Source: Eledone cirrhosa
Lineage: Eukaryota
DNA length: 64,000 nucleotides
Direction of reading: 5' to 3'
NCBI GenBank assembly: GCA_964016885.1
Contig: OZ024741.1
Location: 73,160,001-73,224,000 of the forward strand
In this document: piece after piece, positions 1 to 13,627 of the stretch
Layout of the letters: the number at the start of each line of letters is the position of its first letter
Position numbering within the stretch: position 1 is the first letter of the stretch
Notes under the pieces: generated by a model
Told to the model about the DNA's origin: nothing
Seen by the model: the letters and a program-made list of their open reading frames with translations, nothing else
The model's database searches: none
Position numbers and translations under genes: made by a program

Positions 1-3000
1 GTAGATATGGATGTTATTGTATGTGTGGATGTGGATGTTTTAAGTTGTATGTGTGCATGTGTATATGCTTTGTATCTATACATGTGTATATGCAGTTATT
101 AGATGCAACATTTTTGGAATGTTTTACATATTGTACTTGTAACTTCCTAACTAGTTGTGTTCTTTCTGTACCTATGAAGCCTAGCTTCTCAAGATTTGTA
201 TTGAGGCAGTTACTAACATATCCCAGTGCCCCAATAATCACAGGCATAAATCTGAAGGTGTAATCAGGGTGGAGTATCTGCAGATTTCTCATCAGTTCTG
301 CATAAATATTCTCCTTTTCACTAATCTTTGATATTATATTGGCATCTGCTGGGCAGCTAATTTCCACTACTGTGTGTCCTTTCTTCTCCCTGTCCCATAT
401 CATAATATCTGGTCTGTTATGCCTGCATCTTATTGGGATTTTTACTGGAACATTCCACCAGTACTCTTTCATATTATTTACATGGATGTCTTCCACATTG
501 TTGTAGCTTTTAATGTGTTTATTATCGGGGCTATCTTTTTAACGAACTTCATTGTACAGTGTTTTGGCCACTACATCATGCCTCATAGGTAGATACTACC
601 GCGATGACATCTTTGGACAGCTGCTGATGACATGGGTGATAGCCTGATGTTAGTTCTGAAGAGTCTGCATTGTTATCACATCTAGGTGTTTTGCCTGCAT
701 CCCTATCTCTTTTGTGAATCAGGTATTTTGTGCTAATCTCCTGTTCCTGGATTGAAAAAGCGTATCCTTCAAAGTGGGAGTCAATATAGCGGTTGTTGGT
801 CCAAGATAGACTACTTTCCTTATCTATATTACCCTCACTCTGGAACTTCCTGGCAAAATATCTATGCATGACTTTTTGCTGATAGGCATGCAGTTTTTCA
901 TCCATGGATTCTCTGCGATACTGCTGAGTGACATCCCTGGGTGTGAGTCTTTGATTATCACACAGGGAATATCTCTCAAGGAGTTCCTTCCCAACTCTCA
1001 TGATCTTATCTGTTTCATGCAGATAGACTTGCTCGAGAAACGGGCTCCTACGCTTCGAGGTTCGTAGATGTTGTCGGAGAGATATGATGCGACATTCAAA
1101 TGTTGTCTGGACTGATGTTAGGCCTCTGCCTCCCGGCTTACGTTTCAAGTAAAGGCGGTCTATGTCACTGTTGATGTGGAAGTTTCCGGTGTTGTTCAGT
1201 ATTTTTCGAGTTCCAACATCAACTGCTCGGATATCGTCTATCGTCCAATTGAGTATTCCAAGCGTTGGTGTTAGGACAGGCACAGCAAACACATTGTGAG
1301 CCACTGTTTTGTTTTGCGCAGAGAGTTCCGATGACCAGATCTCTCTTAATCGGGTGTAGTATTCCCTGGTTACGCGTTCTTTATTACAGATACCATTATA
1401 GGATATGTTCTCATCTATCCCCAGCCAGGTATCTGTAGCAGTCCTCAGCAGATATCGGTGAAACAGTTAGACCATTGATGACAATGGTGCTAGATTGGGT
1501 TGTTGTTTTTTCCCCGCTTTACAGGCATGTATGAGCATTTATATTGGCCAAACTCCATCCCTATATTCTTTGAGAACATTGTAATCAGGTCAAGATTTTT
1601 CTTCATCCCATCCATGTTCTTGGCATAGAGTTTCGGATCGTCCACAAAGAAATTATGGGTTAGGTTCGTATTTCTGTCATGTGAGCCAATGATGTATCCC
1701 TCACATTTCTTGAGCAGAAAGGACAAGGGCTTTAATGACAAGATGAATAATATCACAGAGAGACTGTCCCCCTGAAATATACCCCTGCAATATTTTATTT
1801 TATCAGTGAAAATAGAGTCCTCCCTCTCTGTCTTTAACCTTAGGATAGTAACCAAAGAAGAAGACAGACTCTCTATTAGCTCTGACAATAATGTCTGGGA
1901 CTTTAGCAAGTTGGAGGGCCTCTATCATCCAAGAGTGGGGAACAGAATCGAAAGCTTTCCTGTAGTCCAGCCAGACTGTAGTCATATTACCCCTAAGTTG
2001 TCGCACCTCCGACATCGCAGTTTTGTTGATTAGGAGTTGTTCAGCACATCCCCAAACCCCTTATTTCCAGCTGCTTGCTTGTTCATCTGTGATGATGTTA
2101 TTATTTTCATATAGGTTAAGGCAGGCTGTATACATCTTATACATCAGGTTCTGGCATGCAATGGGTCGGTAATTTTTTGTCAAGTGGGTGTCTTTTTTCT
2201 TGGGGACCAGTAACGTTTGTGCTAATGTCAACCATTCTGGTATAAGTGTATCTCCCTTAAGAACTTGTTGGTAGAGGTCAGTAAGATACCTCCGATAGAA
2301 TATCATTTTTTTGTACCAGTAGCCGACAATCATGTCTCTTGCTGGTGTTTTCCTATCACAGTCTCAAGGGTACCCTCACTTATTTCGTATGTTTTTGTTG
2401 TAGTGTAGGAGCAATAGTTCTTTCGGATTTCTCTTAGCCACACAGTATCTTGGTTGAAATTTTTCTTTTCACCCCATATTTTGCTCCAAAAGGAATCTAT
2501 GTCTTTTTGGGATGGGGGCTCAGTGACACTTATTATTTTGCCCTTCATATCTCTATAGACTGATCTTTGGTTTCGTCTGAATCTTTTATTAATCACTTTT
2601 CTCTCATCTACCTTCTTCAGGTATCGGCGTTTTTCGCTAACAGCTCTCAATTCTTGTTTGAGGGTTATCAGCTTATATTGGAGAGTTCTGGTTCTACTGT
2701 TACCAAACATCGTCTCTATTTTGTTTTTCACTCTTTGTTGGTGAGGAGTGAGGTTTTTTTGTGGTTTTTTTTTGCATGTAAGGAGCATTGTGACATATCG
2801 TATGTTTTTTCGTAGGTCAGCACTCTTTTTTTCTATTTTAGTTATATATGATGGTATTTTTGGTGGTGTTTTGTTCTTGTTAATATCTCTGCTATCACCA
2901 AGATAATGCTTCACTTTCATTGCTAAGGCATATAAACAGGCGTTGATTTGCCAAAATGTTGGGGTTTTTATCCGTAGTATTTCATTATTTGTTTTTTTAT

Positions 3001-3895
3001 TCGCCATTGTCGTTTTAACACGTTCAGCAAGAGAGATATTTATACATGAGTTAATTTCTCTCTGAAAGATTTCGTTGAGGGAAATTTTCAATTGTTTATA
3101 CTTTTGATTATCATTATCGATAGTATTTTCCACAACAGTCGAGGTAGACTCGGATGGTAGACGTGGTGTCACATTTATTCGATTATTATTATTATCGATA
3201 GTGTTTTCCCCAGCATTCGAGGTAGACTTAGATGGTACAGGTGGTGTCAAGTTTCTTACAGGCATAGTTGTTTCAAGGCGCTGTTCGACCTGGCTGCTAG
3301 GAAGTCTAGTAGCATGGCAATCTGTAGCACGTGTTGTTGATAACATGTTTATTGTTGGGGACTTACAATTAATAATATTTATCTTATTTTTACGTTCAAC
3401 AAACGTCGCTTGTTGGCGTAATTGTTTCGCTGTGAAATGATTTAGCTCTGGGTGCATTTCGTACCAGTCTAGCTTCATTCTATTCATATTGCCAATGGAG
3501 GATTGTTTCTTGCCATGTTATAACAATTAAATAAATCATTATTAAGTTCGCAACTCCAAGATAAATGCGATTTATAATTTCGGTTTCCTCTGTAGCTACA
3601 ACTAAATAAAGTTTGATTACCTTCCTTGTTATTTGTCTTCGATACTTCCTTAATTTTCTTGTTGATGTTGTGTTCAGCCATGCTGTTTTTTAGCAAATCC
3701 TTGTAAAATGAATTATGTATTTAGTCGGATATCTCTACGAATTCGAATAAAAGGTGTCTTCAGAAGGGATCGTTAGAAGAATAACCAGTTATTCAACCTG
3801 ACTGTAGTTGTGGCATTACCGTCGGAGATAGTATTCATCTTAAATTTAATAAATAGTCTCCCACGCCAAAATATGCGACTGATCGCATTGACTCT
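1..3895 (-). mobile_element. R4/Dong-clade non-LTR retrotransposon (RT + restriction-like endonuclease), near full length, frameshifted
   Basis: Consecutive minus-strand ORF pieces 3696->14: NYRPIACQN, WLDYRKAFDSVPH, GIFQGDSLS, FFVDD, RLYLKRKPGGRGL, and the RLE motif HNRPDIMIWD..VVEISCP..N...K.EK..Y. The 5' end abuts (TATG)n at about 3897. Confidence 0.9.
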
Positions 3896-3896
3896 C

Positions 3897-3927
<31 letters not shown>

Positions 3928-3949
3928 GTAGGTATGTATGTAGGTATGT

Positions 3950-4250
3950 AGCACGTCAAATAGAATGCTTTGTGGTATTTGTTCCGGATTCCTGCGTTCA
4001 AATCTCACCGAGGTCAACTTGGCCTTTCATCCTTTTGAGGTGGATTACAGAAATATCATTCACATACTAGGTCCGATTCTTACTCTATATCTCTTTTGCT
4101 CTTCCTACCCTTCCCCTCTCTAAGCCTCTCTGTCCTTCTCTGGAAGACATCGGCTGTGTTCAGACATGAAGAAGGAATGGGCTCCACGATGTCTAAAATG
4201 CCCAAGACACATTGTGTGTCACTCACTTACAACTTCATCAGGAGTTACGC
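3950..4250 (+). mobile_element. Diverged tRNA-derived SINE (long-tail subfamily)
   Basis: GTTCAAATC B-box-like motif followed by the shared core GAGGTCAACTTGGCCTTTCATCC. The 3' part matches 30875-31210 and 29945-30160. Confidence 0.6.
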
Positions 4251-4981
4251 CCCCCCCCCATATATATATGTGTGTGTGAGTGTGTGGGTGTATGAGTGTG
4301 TATGTGTGTGTGTATCGTTGGTGAAAATGAAAGATGATGTTGTGGCATTCATGGTTTTCACAGGAACGTTAATATTCTTGTAAGTAAAAGAATTAAATAA
4401 TTTTAAACGGCGATGGAAACTGTGTTGCGAACACAGCGTGCCTGGAGGTTATCTCTACGACAGGAGAGAGAGAGGGGGGAGGAAGAGAGAGAGAGAGAGA
4501 AAAGGAAAAATCTATATTTCTCTGTCTGACCCAAGTTTTCTCTTTCTATATATGTCTCTCTCTCTCTTTGTCTCTCTCTCTATCTCTCTATCTCTCTCCC
4601 GCTGTCTCTCTATCTTCAACCTATACACACATATATCTAAACTCGTATATTCTGTACAAGAACAGCAAGATGGCAACTGCCTGTAACCACACTACACGAC
4701 AGCACATTCTAAACATACATGTCGACTCGATTTAACTACACATCAAATAAACTCTCTCTCTCTTATGCACACACACATATCCTTTCTCTCTCTCACAAAC
4801 TCCCTCCATTCTCTCATATACATTCTCCCACTTTTCTCTCTCTCTCTCCAAATTTTCTATTTTTCTTTCTAATGTTCTGCTGCTCTCAATCTCTCACCCG
4901 ATATTTTTTCTCTCTCACTCACACATATTACTTTTTCTCTTTTTCTCTTTCTTTCTTACTCGCTCTATTTCTTACTTTCCC

Positions 4982-5035
<54 letters not shown>

Positions 5036-5479
5036 TCTCTCTTTCACACACACAATTGCACACGCAGACACACACACACATACACACACACATACATACA
5101 CACAAACACTTACACAGACACACTACATATAACATGATGCATTATTTTTCTGCATTGTTAAGAAACATGGTAGGTTAAATTTAACTTTACGAAACTACCA
5201 TTTTTCTCTAACAACCTTTACAAGATGGCGTCTATTTAATCATAGTTGTATGCTGCCGCTTATTCGTTTGCTTCTGACAAGATATTTCTCCCTGCGAGAA
5301 AACAGTGTTAGATGTCTGTCTGAAATCAAAAGAGATTCAGCGGTTGGCAACGGCGGGAGGGATGCAAAGAATTTTAGTGAGGATTACCGAATGATTGTAT
5401 CGTATGATGAATTAGAAATATTCTCTGCCTTTGAGGTACCTATGAATATATATGAACGTATAAACGCATTTTCGTATCA

Positions 5480-5800
5480 AACATGCATGCATGTATGTAT
5501 GTATGTATGTATGTATGTATGTATGTATGTATGTATGTATGTATGTATGCATGCATGTATGTATGTATGTATGTATGTATGTATGTATGTATGTATGTAT
5601 GTATGTTTATATGTATGTTTATATGTATGTTTATATGTATGTGTGCATGCATGTATGCATGTATGCATGTATGTATGTATGTAAGTATGTATGTTTATAT
5701 GTATGTTTATATGTATGTGTGCATGTATGCATGTATGCATGTATGCATGTATGCATGCATATATGTATGCATGTATGTATGTATGTATGTATCTATGTAT
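5480..5800. repeat. (TATG)n/(CATG) compound microsatellite
   Basis: Direct reading of the sequence. The MYVC/HTYI ORFs are artefacts of it. Confidence 0.95.
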
Positions 5801-5914
5801 GTTCTTCTGATTTTATAATTTCACAAAGTTTTACCAATAGAGAGAGAGAGTCGGTTTCTAACATAAACACAAGACTCTCTCATTGGAATTTACACAACAT
5901 CAACTAGGTAGATA

Positions 5915-8043
5915 TGTATGTATGTCTGCATGCATGCATGTGTAGATATGGATGGTATTGTATGTGTGGATGTGGATGTTTTGAGTTGTATGTGTGCATG
6001 TGTATATGCTTTGTATCTGTACATGTGTATATGCAGTTATTAGATGCAACATTTTTGGAATGTTTTACATATTTTTACTGTTCCATTAATGGATTGTACT
6101 TGTACTTTCCTAACTAATTGTGTTCTTTCTGTTCCTGTGAAGCCTAGATTCTCAAGCTTTTCTTTCCAGCTGCTTGTTCATCTGTGATGATGTTATTATT
6201 TTCACAGTGATCTTGGAGGAATAGGTTGAGGCAGGCTGTATACATCTTATACATCACGTTCTGGCATGCAATGGGTCGGTAGTTTTTTACCAAGTGGGTA
6301 TCTTTGTTCTTGGGGACCAGTAACGTTTGTGCTAATGTCAACCATTCTGGTATAAGTGTATCTCCTTTAAGAACTTGTTGGTAGAGGTCAGTAAGATACC
6401 TCCGATAGAATATCATTTTTTTGTACCAGTAGCCGACAATCATGTCTCTTGCTGGTGTTTTCTTATCTTGGAGTTTTCCTATCACAGTATCAAGGGTACC
6501 TTCACTTATTTCGTATGTTTTTGTTGTAGTGTAGGAGCAATAGTTCTTTCGGATTTCTCTTAGCCACACTGCATCTTGGTTGAAATTCTTCTTTTCACCC
6601 CGTATTTTGCTCCAAAAGGAATCTAATGTCTTTCTGGGATGGGGCCTCAGTGACACTTATTATTTTGCCCTTCATATCTCTATGGACTGATCTTTGGTTT
6701 CGTCTGAATCTTTTATTAATCACTTTTCTCTCATCTACCTTCTTCAGGTATCGGCGTTTTTCGCTAACAGCCCTCAATTCTTGTTTGTGGGTTATCAGCT
6801 TATATTGGAGAGTTCTGGTTCTACTGTTACCAAACATCGCCTCTATTTTATTTTTCACTCTTTGTTGGTGAGGAGTGAGGTTTTTTTGTGTTTTTTTTTT
6901 GCATGTAAGGAGCATTGTCACATGTCCTATGTTTTTTCGTAGGTCAGCAATCTTTTTTTCTATTTTAGTTATATATGATGGTATTTTTGGTGGTGTTTTG
7001 TTCTTGTTAATATCTCTGCTATCACCAATGCTAAGGCATATAAACAGGCGTTGATTTGCCAAAATGTTGGGGTTTTTATCTGTCGTAAATATTCTTCCCC
7101 TATTTCGTCAATAACACGTAGTATTTCATTATTTGATTTTTTATTCACCATTGTCATTTTAACACTTTCAGCCAGAGAGATATTTATAAATGATTTAATT
7201 TCTCTCTGGAAGATTCGTTGAGGGAAATTTTCAATTGTTTATACTTTTGATTATCATTATCGATAGTATTTTCCACAACAGTCGAGGCAGACTCGGATGG
7301 TATACGTGGTGTCACCTTTATTCGATTATTATTATTATTTCTTCGATTATTATTATTATCGATAGTGTTTTTCCCAGCATTCGAGGTAGACTTAGATGGT
7401 ACAGGCATAGTTGTTTCAAGGCGCTGTTCGACCTGGCTGCTAGGAAGTCTAGTAGCATAGCGATCTGTAGCACGTGTTGTTGTTTCCATGTTTGTTGTGG
7501 GGGACTTACAATTAATAATATTTATCTTATTTTTACGTTCAACAAACGTCGCTTGTTGGCGTAATTGTTTCGCTGTGAAATAATTTAGCTCTGGGTGCAT
7601 TTCGTCCCAGTGTAGCTTTATTCTATTCATATAGCCAATGGGGGGATTGTTTTTTGCCATTTTATAACAATTAAATAAATCATTATTAAGTTCGCAACTC
7701 CAAGAGAAATGCGATTTATAATTTCGATTTCCTCTGTAGCTACAACTGAATAAAGTTTGATTACCTTCTTTGTTATTTGTCTGCGATACTTCCTTAATTT
7801 TCTTGTTGATGTTGTGTTCAGCCATGCTGTTTGTAGCAAATCCTTGTAAAATGAATTATGTATTTAGTCGGATATCTCTACGAATTCGAATAAAAGGTGT
7901 CTTCAGAAGGGATAGTTAGAAGAATAACCAGTTATTCAACCTGGCTGTAGTTGTGGCATTACTGTCGGAGATAGTATTCATCTTAAATTTAATAAATAGT
8001 CTCCCACGCCAAAATATGCGACTGATCGCGTTGACTGATGGAA
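5915..8043 (-). mobile_element. Second copy of the same R4/Dong element, with an internal deletion of about 1.9 kb
   Basis: Highly similar to 2065-3890 and 1-195. At about 6155 the RT N-terminus (DEQAAGKK) joins directly to the RLE C-terminus. Flanked by (TATG)n. Confidence 0.9.
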
Positions 8044-8595
8044 TATGTATGTATGTATGTATGCATGTATGTATGCATATATGTATGAATGTATGCGATT
8101 GCAATACTCTTAGCCATCATGTATATATGTATGTAGGTACAAATATGTATATATGTAAATGTATGTATATATGCATACATGTAAATGTATGTATGCATGT
8201 GTGTATGCACACGTATACGTATGTATGCATGGGCGTATGTATCTATGTATATGTATGTATATGTATCATTTATAATAGTGGGTATGCCTATATTTATGTA
8301 TGCATACATATATGAGAGTGTTTCATGTATTTCTGTATGTATGTATGAATGCATGTATGCACACATCTATATGTGTACGTATATACATAAGTGAGTGCAT
8401 TTATGCATATATGTGTGTGGGAGGTTGTGTGTGTAATTGTGAGTATACGCATATATGGTTTTACGCATGTATATATATGATTGTACGTATGTGTGTAGTT
8501 ATATATGAAATATATATTCATGAAGGTATGACTGGATGTAATTACCTAAGTATTTCTGTACATATGCGTATCTCTATCGATAAATATTTATATAC

Positions 8596-8626
<31 letters not shown>

Positions 8627-8689
8627 TGTATGTATGTATGTATGTATGTATGAATGTATGTATGTATGTATGTATGTATGTATGTATGT

Positions 8690-9765
8690 TATCTCTTTCT
8701 CTTAATTTCGAGTATATTTTTTTGACCGGCCACCTTCCTGGTGGCAAGGTTGTAAAAGAAAAGAAATTGTCATCCCTTGAATCGCAAGAATGTTTTGCAA
8801 ATTTTGAAGGTGCCAGCTATCGCAGCCATTTGTAGACTATGAATTAGGGAGCTGCGCTTTTTGTCCGCAAATCCAAGTTCAGTCATACTTTGGTCCAAGC
8901 GGGTTGGTATATAAACCTTAGCTCCAATAATGATGGGTATGAAGCTAAAGGTGTATCTTGGATACTGGATTTGTAAACTCCTCATCAATGGTCCGTAGAT
9001 GTCCTCCTTCTCCTGTATTTTTCTGACAACGTTTACATCAAGTGGGCAGCTGATCTCCACAACAGAACACGTTTTCAATGTGTGGTCCCAAACAACAATA
9101 TCTGGCCGGTTGTGCTTTAATTTGGTGGCAGTTTTTATTTTCAGGTTCCACCAGTATTCCCTAGTGCCATCTGTCTCAATATATTCTTCCTCGTTTGTTG
9201 TTAATTTTGTTTTCCGAAGTGCGTTCCAGATGGTTCTAGCTATCCCATCGTGTCTCATGGGGAGGTAGTAGCGAGATGACATTCTTTCGCAGCTGGCAAC
9301 AATGTGGCTTACATCCTCGATCTTTGTTTTACATAGCCTACATTTATTGTGTCAGCTGCTGGCCCTCCTCTTTTGTGCAGCAGATATTTGGTAGGGAGTT
9401 CTTGTTCCTGTATTGCATAGAGATATCCCTCAAGGTGTGATGTCATAAACTTGTCGGAACTCCATGCCAGGCTTTTTGAGTGGTTTATCCCCTGTATGGT
9501 CTGTGTTTTACGCCTCAAGTATCCATGCACAACTTTTTCTGTAAATTAGTCAATTTTTTTATCTTGTTTGAACATTGAATAGGATCTTCCGATTTCTCTG
9601 GGTGAGAGATTTATATCAGGCTTTATTCCATATCTCTCCTCCAGATCAGTCGCTATTCTAATGATATTTTTTTTTTCATGCTCATAAACCTGGGCAAGAT
9701 GGTTGCCAACCTTTTTCCTCTGTTGAAGGTGTTGCTTCGGTGTTACTATCCGGGTCTCATATGTT
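8690..9765 (-). mobile_element. 5'-truncated R4/Dong-type LINE, 3' fragment (different subfamily)
   Basis: ORFs 9309-9530 (EGYLYAIQEQEL) and 8770-9282 (YLPMRHD, KHNRPDIVVWD..VVEISCP..N...KEDIY). (TATG)n on both sides. Confidence 0.88.
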
Positions 9766-9957
9766 GTTTATGTATGTATGTATGTATGTATGTATGTATG
9801 TATGTATGTATGTATGTATGTATGTATGTATGTATGTGTGTGCGTATGTATGTGTGTGTACATATATATATATATACATACATATATGTATATATATGTA
9901 TGCATATATACATACATATATGTATATATATATGTATGTATATATATACATATATAC

Positions 9958-9991
<34 letters not shown>

Positions 9992-9993
9992 GT

Positions 9994-10035
<42 letters not shown>

Positions 10036-10410
10036 TAAATTAACAGATTAAAATTTAAGCAAAGAATCGCTGCTTTCACCCATAACGGGATCTTCTGAAA
10101 CTAACAAAGTCAATCTGTAAACGCAGAAGTGGATATTTAAAAAAACGTTGCAACCGGAAGAAGACGATACTTTGGTTCGTGGAAACGTTTCCTGGCAAAG
10201 AACGGGAAAAAACGAATATAATACGTTATTAATAGGAGCGGTAAAAAACAATTACGCGCAAAGACAGAACCACGTTTATGGTATAAAAGAAATCGTAGAC
10301 TAATGTTCTCTTAGGTGGTTCATAGAGACCTTCTCTGGCAATGGTCTTCAAATGTATTATTATTACTATTTGGCTCCCTCGGTTGAGCACTCTATTGACT
10401 TATATTCATC

Positions 10411-12381
10411 ATGCAGAAACAACATCTGAATATTTCTACAAAGAACATACCCGTACCAAGCAGAAAAACATACCTAAACCTCCTGATACAGAAAACAGTC
10501 GCGTTCATTAAAAGGTTGCGTTTGCGTGCCTTTTATTTCGATAATCCGCGAAAAGCAGACAACAAACAGGATAAATTTGGGTTTAAAACCTATAACAACC
10601 CCCCGTGTAACCCAGCATTGCTACCCTTCGAAAATGATGTCTTGGAACTCATACGGAGTATCAAATTTCGGAATAGGAGCAATTCCTTCCAGCAGGACCT
10701 GAAGAATAGAATTCGTTCTATTAAGGATTCTAATGCCGTGCACGTCCATTCCGACAAAACTGGCAACCTATATCAAGTGGAGCGCAGTTCTTACCATCAA
10801 CTACTACATAATGCTGTAACTAAGGATTGCCGTAAAACTAACCGATGCGTCATCAATGAAATCAGCGATGCTGGGTTTAAAATCACATCTGATCTCAACA
10901 TCCTGGACCGGACCGAACCTCTGGACCCTATTTCTCCCCACTTTACCCTGAAGGATCACAAATCCAATTTTCCGAACAACCCCTCTATTCGGCTTATTAA
11001 CCCTACGAAGACCGATTTAGGTAGAATTAGAATTTGATAGAATTATACCTGAAATTTCGAAGTTGATGTCATCCTCAATGCCCGTACCTCGGTGATTAAT
11101 TTCGACGACTCTATTTGGATTAAAAAATCCAATAGTACCCCATTCGACGTGAGTATGGGCGCCAGCGATTCTGCGGAGGTTAGTGATCTTATCGGCCTTT
11201 TACTTCTTTTCTCTATCAAGGACGAATTCCTCAACACGGGCGGTGGTTTGTACTGTGATGATGGTCTTTTGACCATGACTAAGTGCGGCTCTCGTGCTTG
11301 CGATAGGTTCAGAAAAGAACTCACAGCCTTCTTTAAAGGCTTCAACCTCTCTATACAGGTTGAGGCCAATCTCTCGGTCGTTAATTACCTCGACGTTACC
11401 CTCAATTTATCGAATGGGTTGTATTATCCGTATAGAAAGCCGAATGATACGCTTAATTACATAAGTAAGCATTCCAACCATCCTGCCAACATAACCAAGA
11501 ACCTGGTAAGATACGTTTCGTTGAGGCTTTCCCGTCTATCTACTAACGAGCATATATTCAACGACAATTCCACTTATTTCAATGAAGCACTTGCTCAGAG
11601 TGGATTTGTCGATAAGGTAGCATATACAGAGTACGAAAATAGACCTAGAAGTAATAGATCCCGTCGCATTTGTTGGTATAACCCACCATATAATATGGAG
11701 GTGGCCACACCATTAGCTAAGATCTTTCTTTCCCTTATTACGAAGCATTTCCCCCTACACATAAATATAGTAAAATTTTAATAGAAATACTATTAAAACT
11801 TCTTACTCTACGACTCCTAACCTTGCACATAACATCACAGCTTCAAATTTAGCTAAACTACCTAGCCGTAGGAACACGTGCAACCCTGTAGTTAGTACTA
11901 ACTGTAATTGTAGGATTCGGGTTGATTGCCCTCTATCCGGAAATGCCTCTCTAGTAACATTGTCTACAAATGTAAGGTTGAAACACCCACGTCCCGTAGG
12001 GCCTACATAGGGTTAACCGCCAATAGATTCAAGCAGCGTCTTTACATGCATACCCATTCTTTTCGTTACCCTCTAAGAAGGAATATGACGTCACTTTCAG
12101 CTTATATCTGGAGTCTAAAAGACAACCACACCCAATATAAGTTACACTGCGAGATCCTAGCTAGGGCTAGATCGTATAACGGAAATAAAAGACCATGTGA
12201 CCTCTGCGCCGCTGAGGCCCTGGAAATACTCTACGCCACAGACCACATCTTAAACAAAAAATCTGAGGCAATTTCGGCTTCTAAACATAAATTGCACAAA
12301 ACTTTCCTGTATTACATCCCACGTTATACCCTAACGGATAGTACGATCTATATGTGGATATTTTACGTCTTGATGTGGTAG
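10411..12381 (+). pseudogene. PLE polyprotein (RT + GIY-YIG endonuclease), disrupted
   Basis: Split into 10411-11037, 11092-11781 and 11926-12381. The middle RT motifs are missing at about 11035 (deletion). Confidence 0.88.
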
Positions 12382-13269
12382 CTAAGTTATGTTTTGTTTA
12401 TACCATTACTTATTTGCATAGGTAAGTATATATTACCTGTACGTTTTGTGAAGGTACGTATACTTTCTCGTACGTATATTTGATTGTATATGTTATGGCG
12501 TATGATTTTTTTATATATTCTGGTACATACGGTTTGGTTATGTGTGTACGGGAGTTTTGCGTCTGTGTGAGTATGCAGGTTCGTTCGTATGTAGGGTGTG
12601 TGTATATGTGTACTTCATGTTTTGGTTGACGTAGGTCTCCGAACATTTGTGTATTTACATGTAGGTATGTGTGTGCGCTTGTTATATACGTATTTATTTA
12701 TTTATATACGTTTATTTAATTATTTATTTATTTGTATACACGCACACACACACACACACATTTTTATATGTGCGTTGTTTTGTATACTTATGGCAAGTGT
12801 GTTCGTGTTTGCTCGTGTATGTACGTATTTGCCTGCGTGTATGTATTTATTTAATTTCTATTACCTCTGTATTGTATTTTATTTACTTTATTCTTAACTC
12901 TGAAGCGGAGATTCATTCGCTTTCCTAGTTAGAATTTTAGTCTACGACTTCAGCTATACCATTTACGTGGTTTTGTCTTTGCGTGAAATTGTTCTCCACG
13001 CTCCACATATGACGTTTTATCTTCGTTTTTTCCGTTCATTGCCAGAGAACATCTCTATGAACCACCTAAGAGAACATTAGTCTACGATTTCTTTTATACC
13101 ATAAACGTGGTTCTGTCTTTGCGCGTAATTGTTTTTCACCGCTCCTATTAATGACGTATTATATTCGTTTTTTCCCGTTCTTTGCCAGGGAACGTTTCCA
13201 CGAACCACAGTATCGTCTTCCTGTCTTCCTCCGGTTGCAACGTTTCTTGAAATATCCACTTCTGCGTTT

Positions 13270-13345
13270 ACAGATTGACTTTGTTAGTTTCAGAAGATCC
13301 CGTTAAGGGTGAAAGCAGCGATTCTTTGCTTAAACTTTAATCTGT
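13270..13345 (+). ncRNA. Type I hammerhead ribozyme motif (variant core CAGAAGA) in the Naiad pLTR; mirror copy at 10043-10118 (-)
   Basis: Stem I ACAGATTGA-[CTTTGTT bulge]-AGTTT / AAACT-TTAATCTGT. Core CAGAAGA...GAAA. Stem II tCCC-GTTAA-GGGt. Stem III AGCAG/TTGCT. Site CUU. Confidence 0.7.
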
Positions 13346-13500
13346 TATTTTAATAAATATTTGCTCTACGGTTCTTATATATTTGATATATATTTATCCC
13401 TATCGAGGCCTCTTTGGATTTTAGTCTTCAAATTTATTATTATTACTATATATATATATACATATACATATATATGTCCATACATACATACATACATACA

Positions 13501-13627
<127 letters not shown>

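Larger units (their letters stand above)
10030..13448 (+). mobile_element. Naiad-type Penelope-like element with an inverted 5' pLTR, inserted in (TA)n
   Basis: N-terminal STKNIPVPS..Y...LI..FIKRLR and a DKT motif. RT motifs MGASDSAEV, LYCDDGL, NYLDVTL and PYRKPN. CxCx5C linker (CNCRIRVDC, about 11903-11929). GIY-YIG endonuclease (IVYKC..AYIG..FKQR..H, CDLC..E, LNKKSE). 10030-10342 is the reverse complement of about 13040-13360. 10344-10368 repeats the 3' terminus 13424-13448. Confidence 0.92.

Noticed and set aside
3720-3780. CTGAAGA...CGAATTCGTA in the 5' UTR of the R4/Dong copies (also about 7865-7915) as a possible ribozyme
   Set aside because: There is no GAAA and no stem II, and I could not build an HDV-like fold by hand either.
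5250-5907. ORFs of the [12 protein letters not shown] type here and throughout the window
   Set aside because: They are translations of (TATG)n, (TA)n and (CA)n microsatellites with no protein features.
10411-13260. Selenocysteine recoding or a SECIS element in the Naiad element
   Set aside because: The TGA at 11035 coincides with a deletion junction, and I found no convincing SECIS geometry in the 3' UTR.
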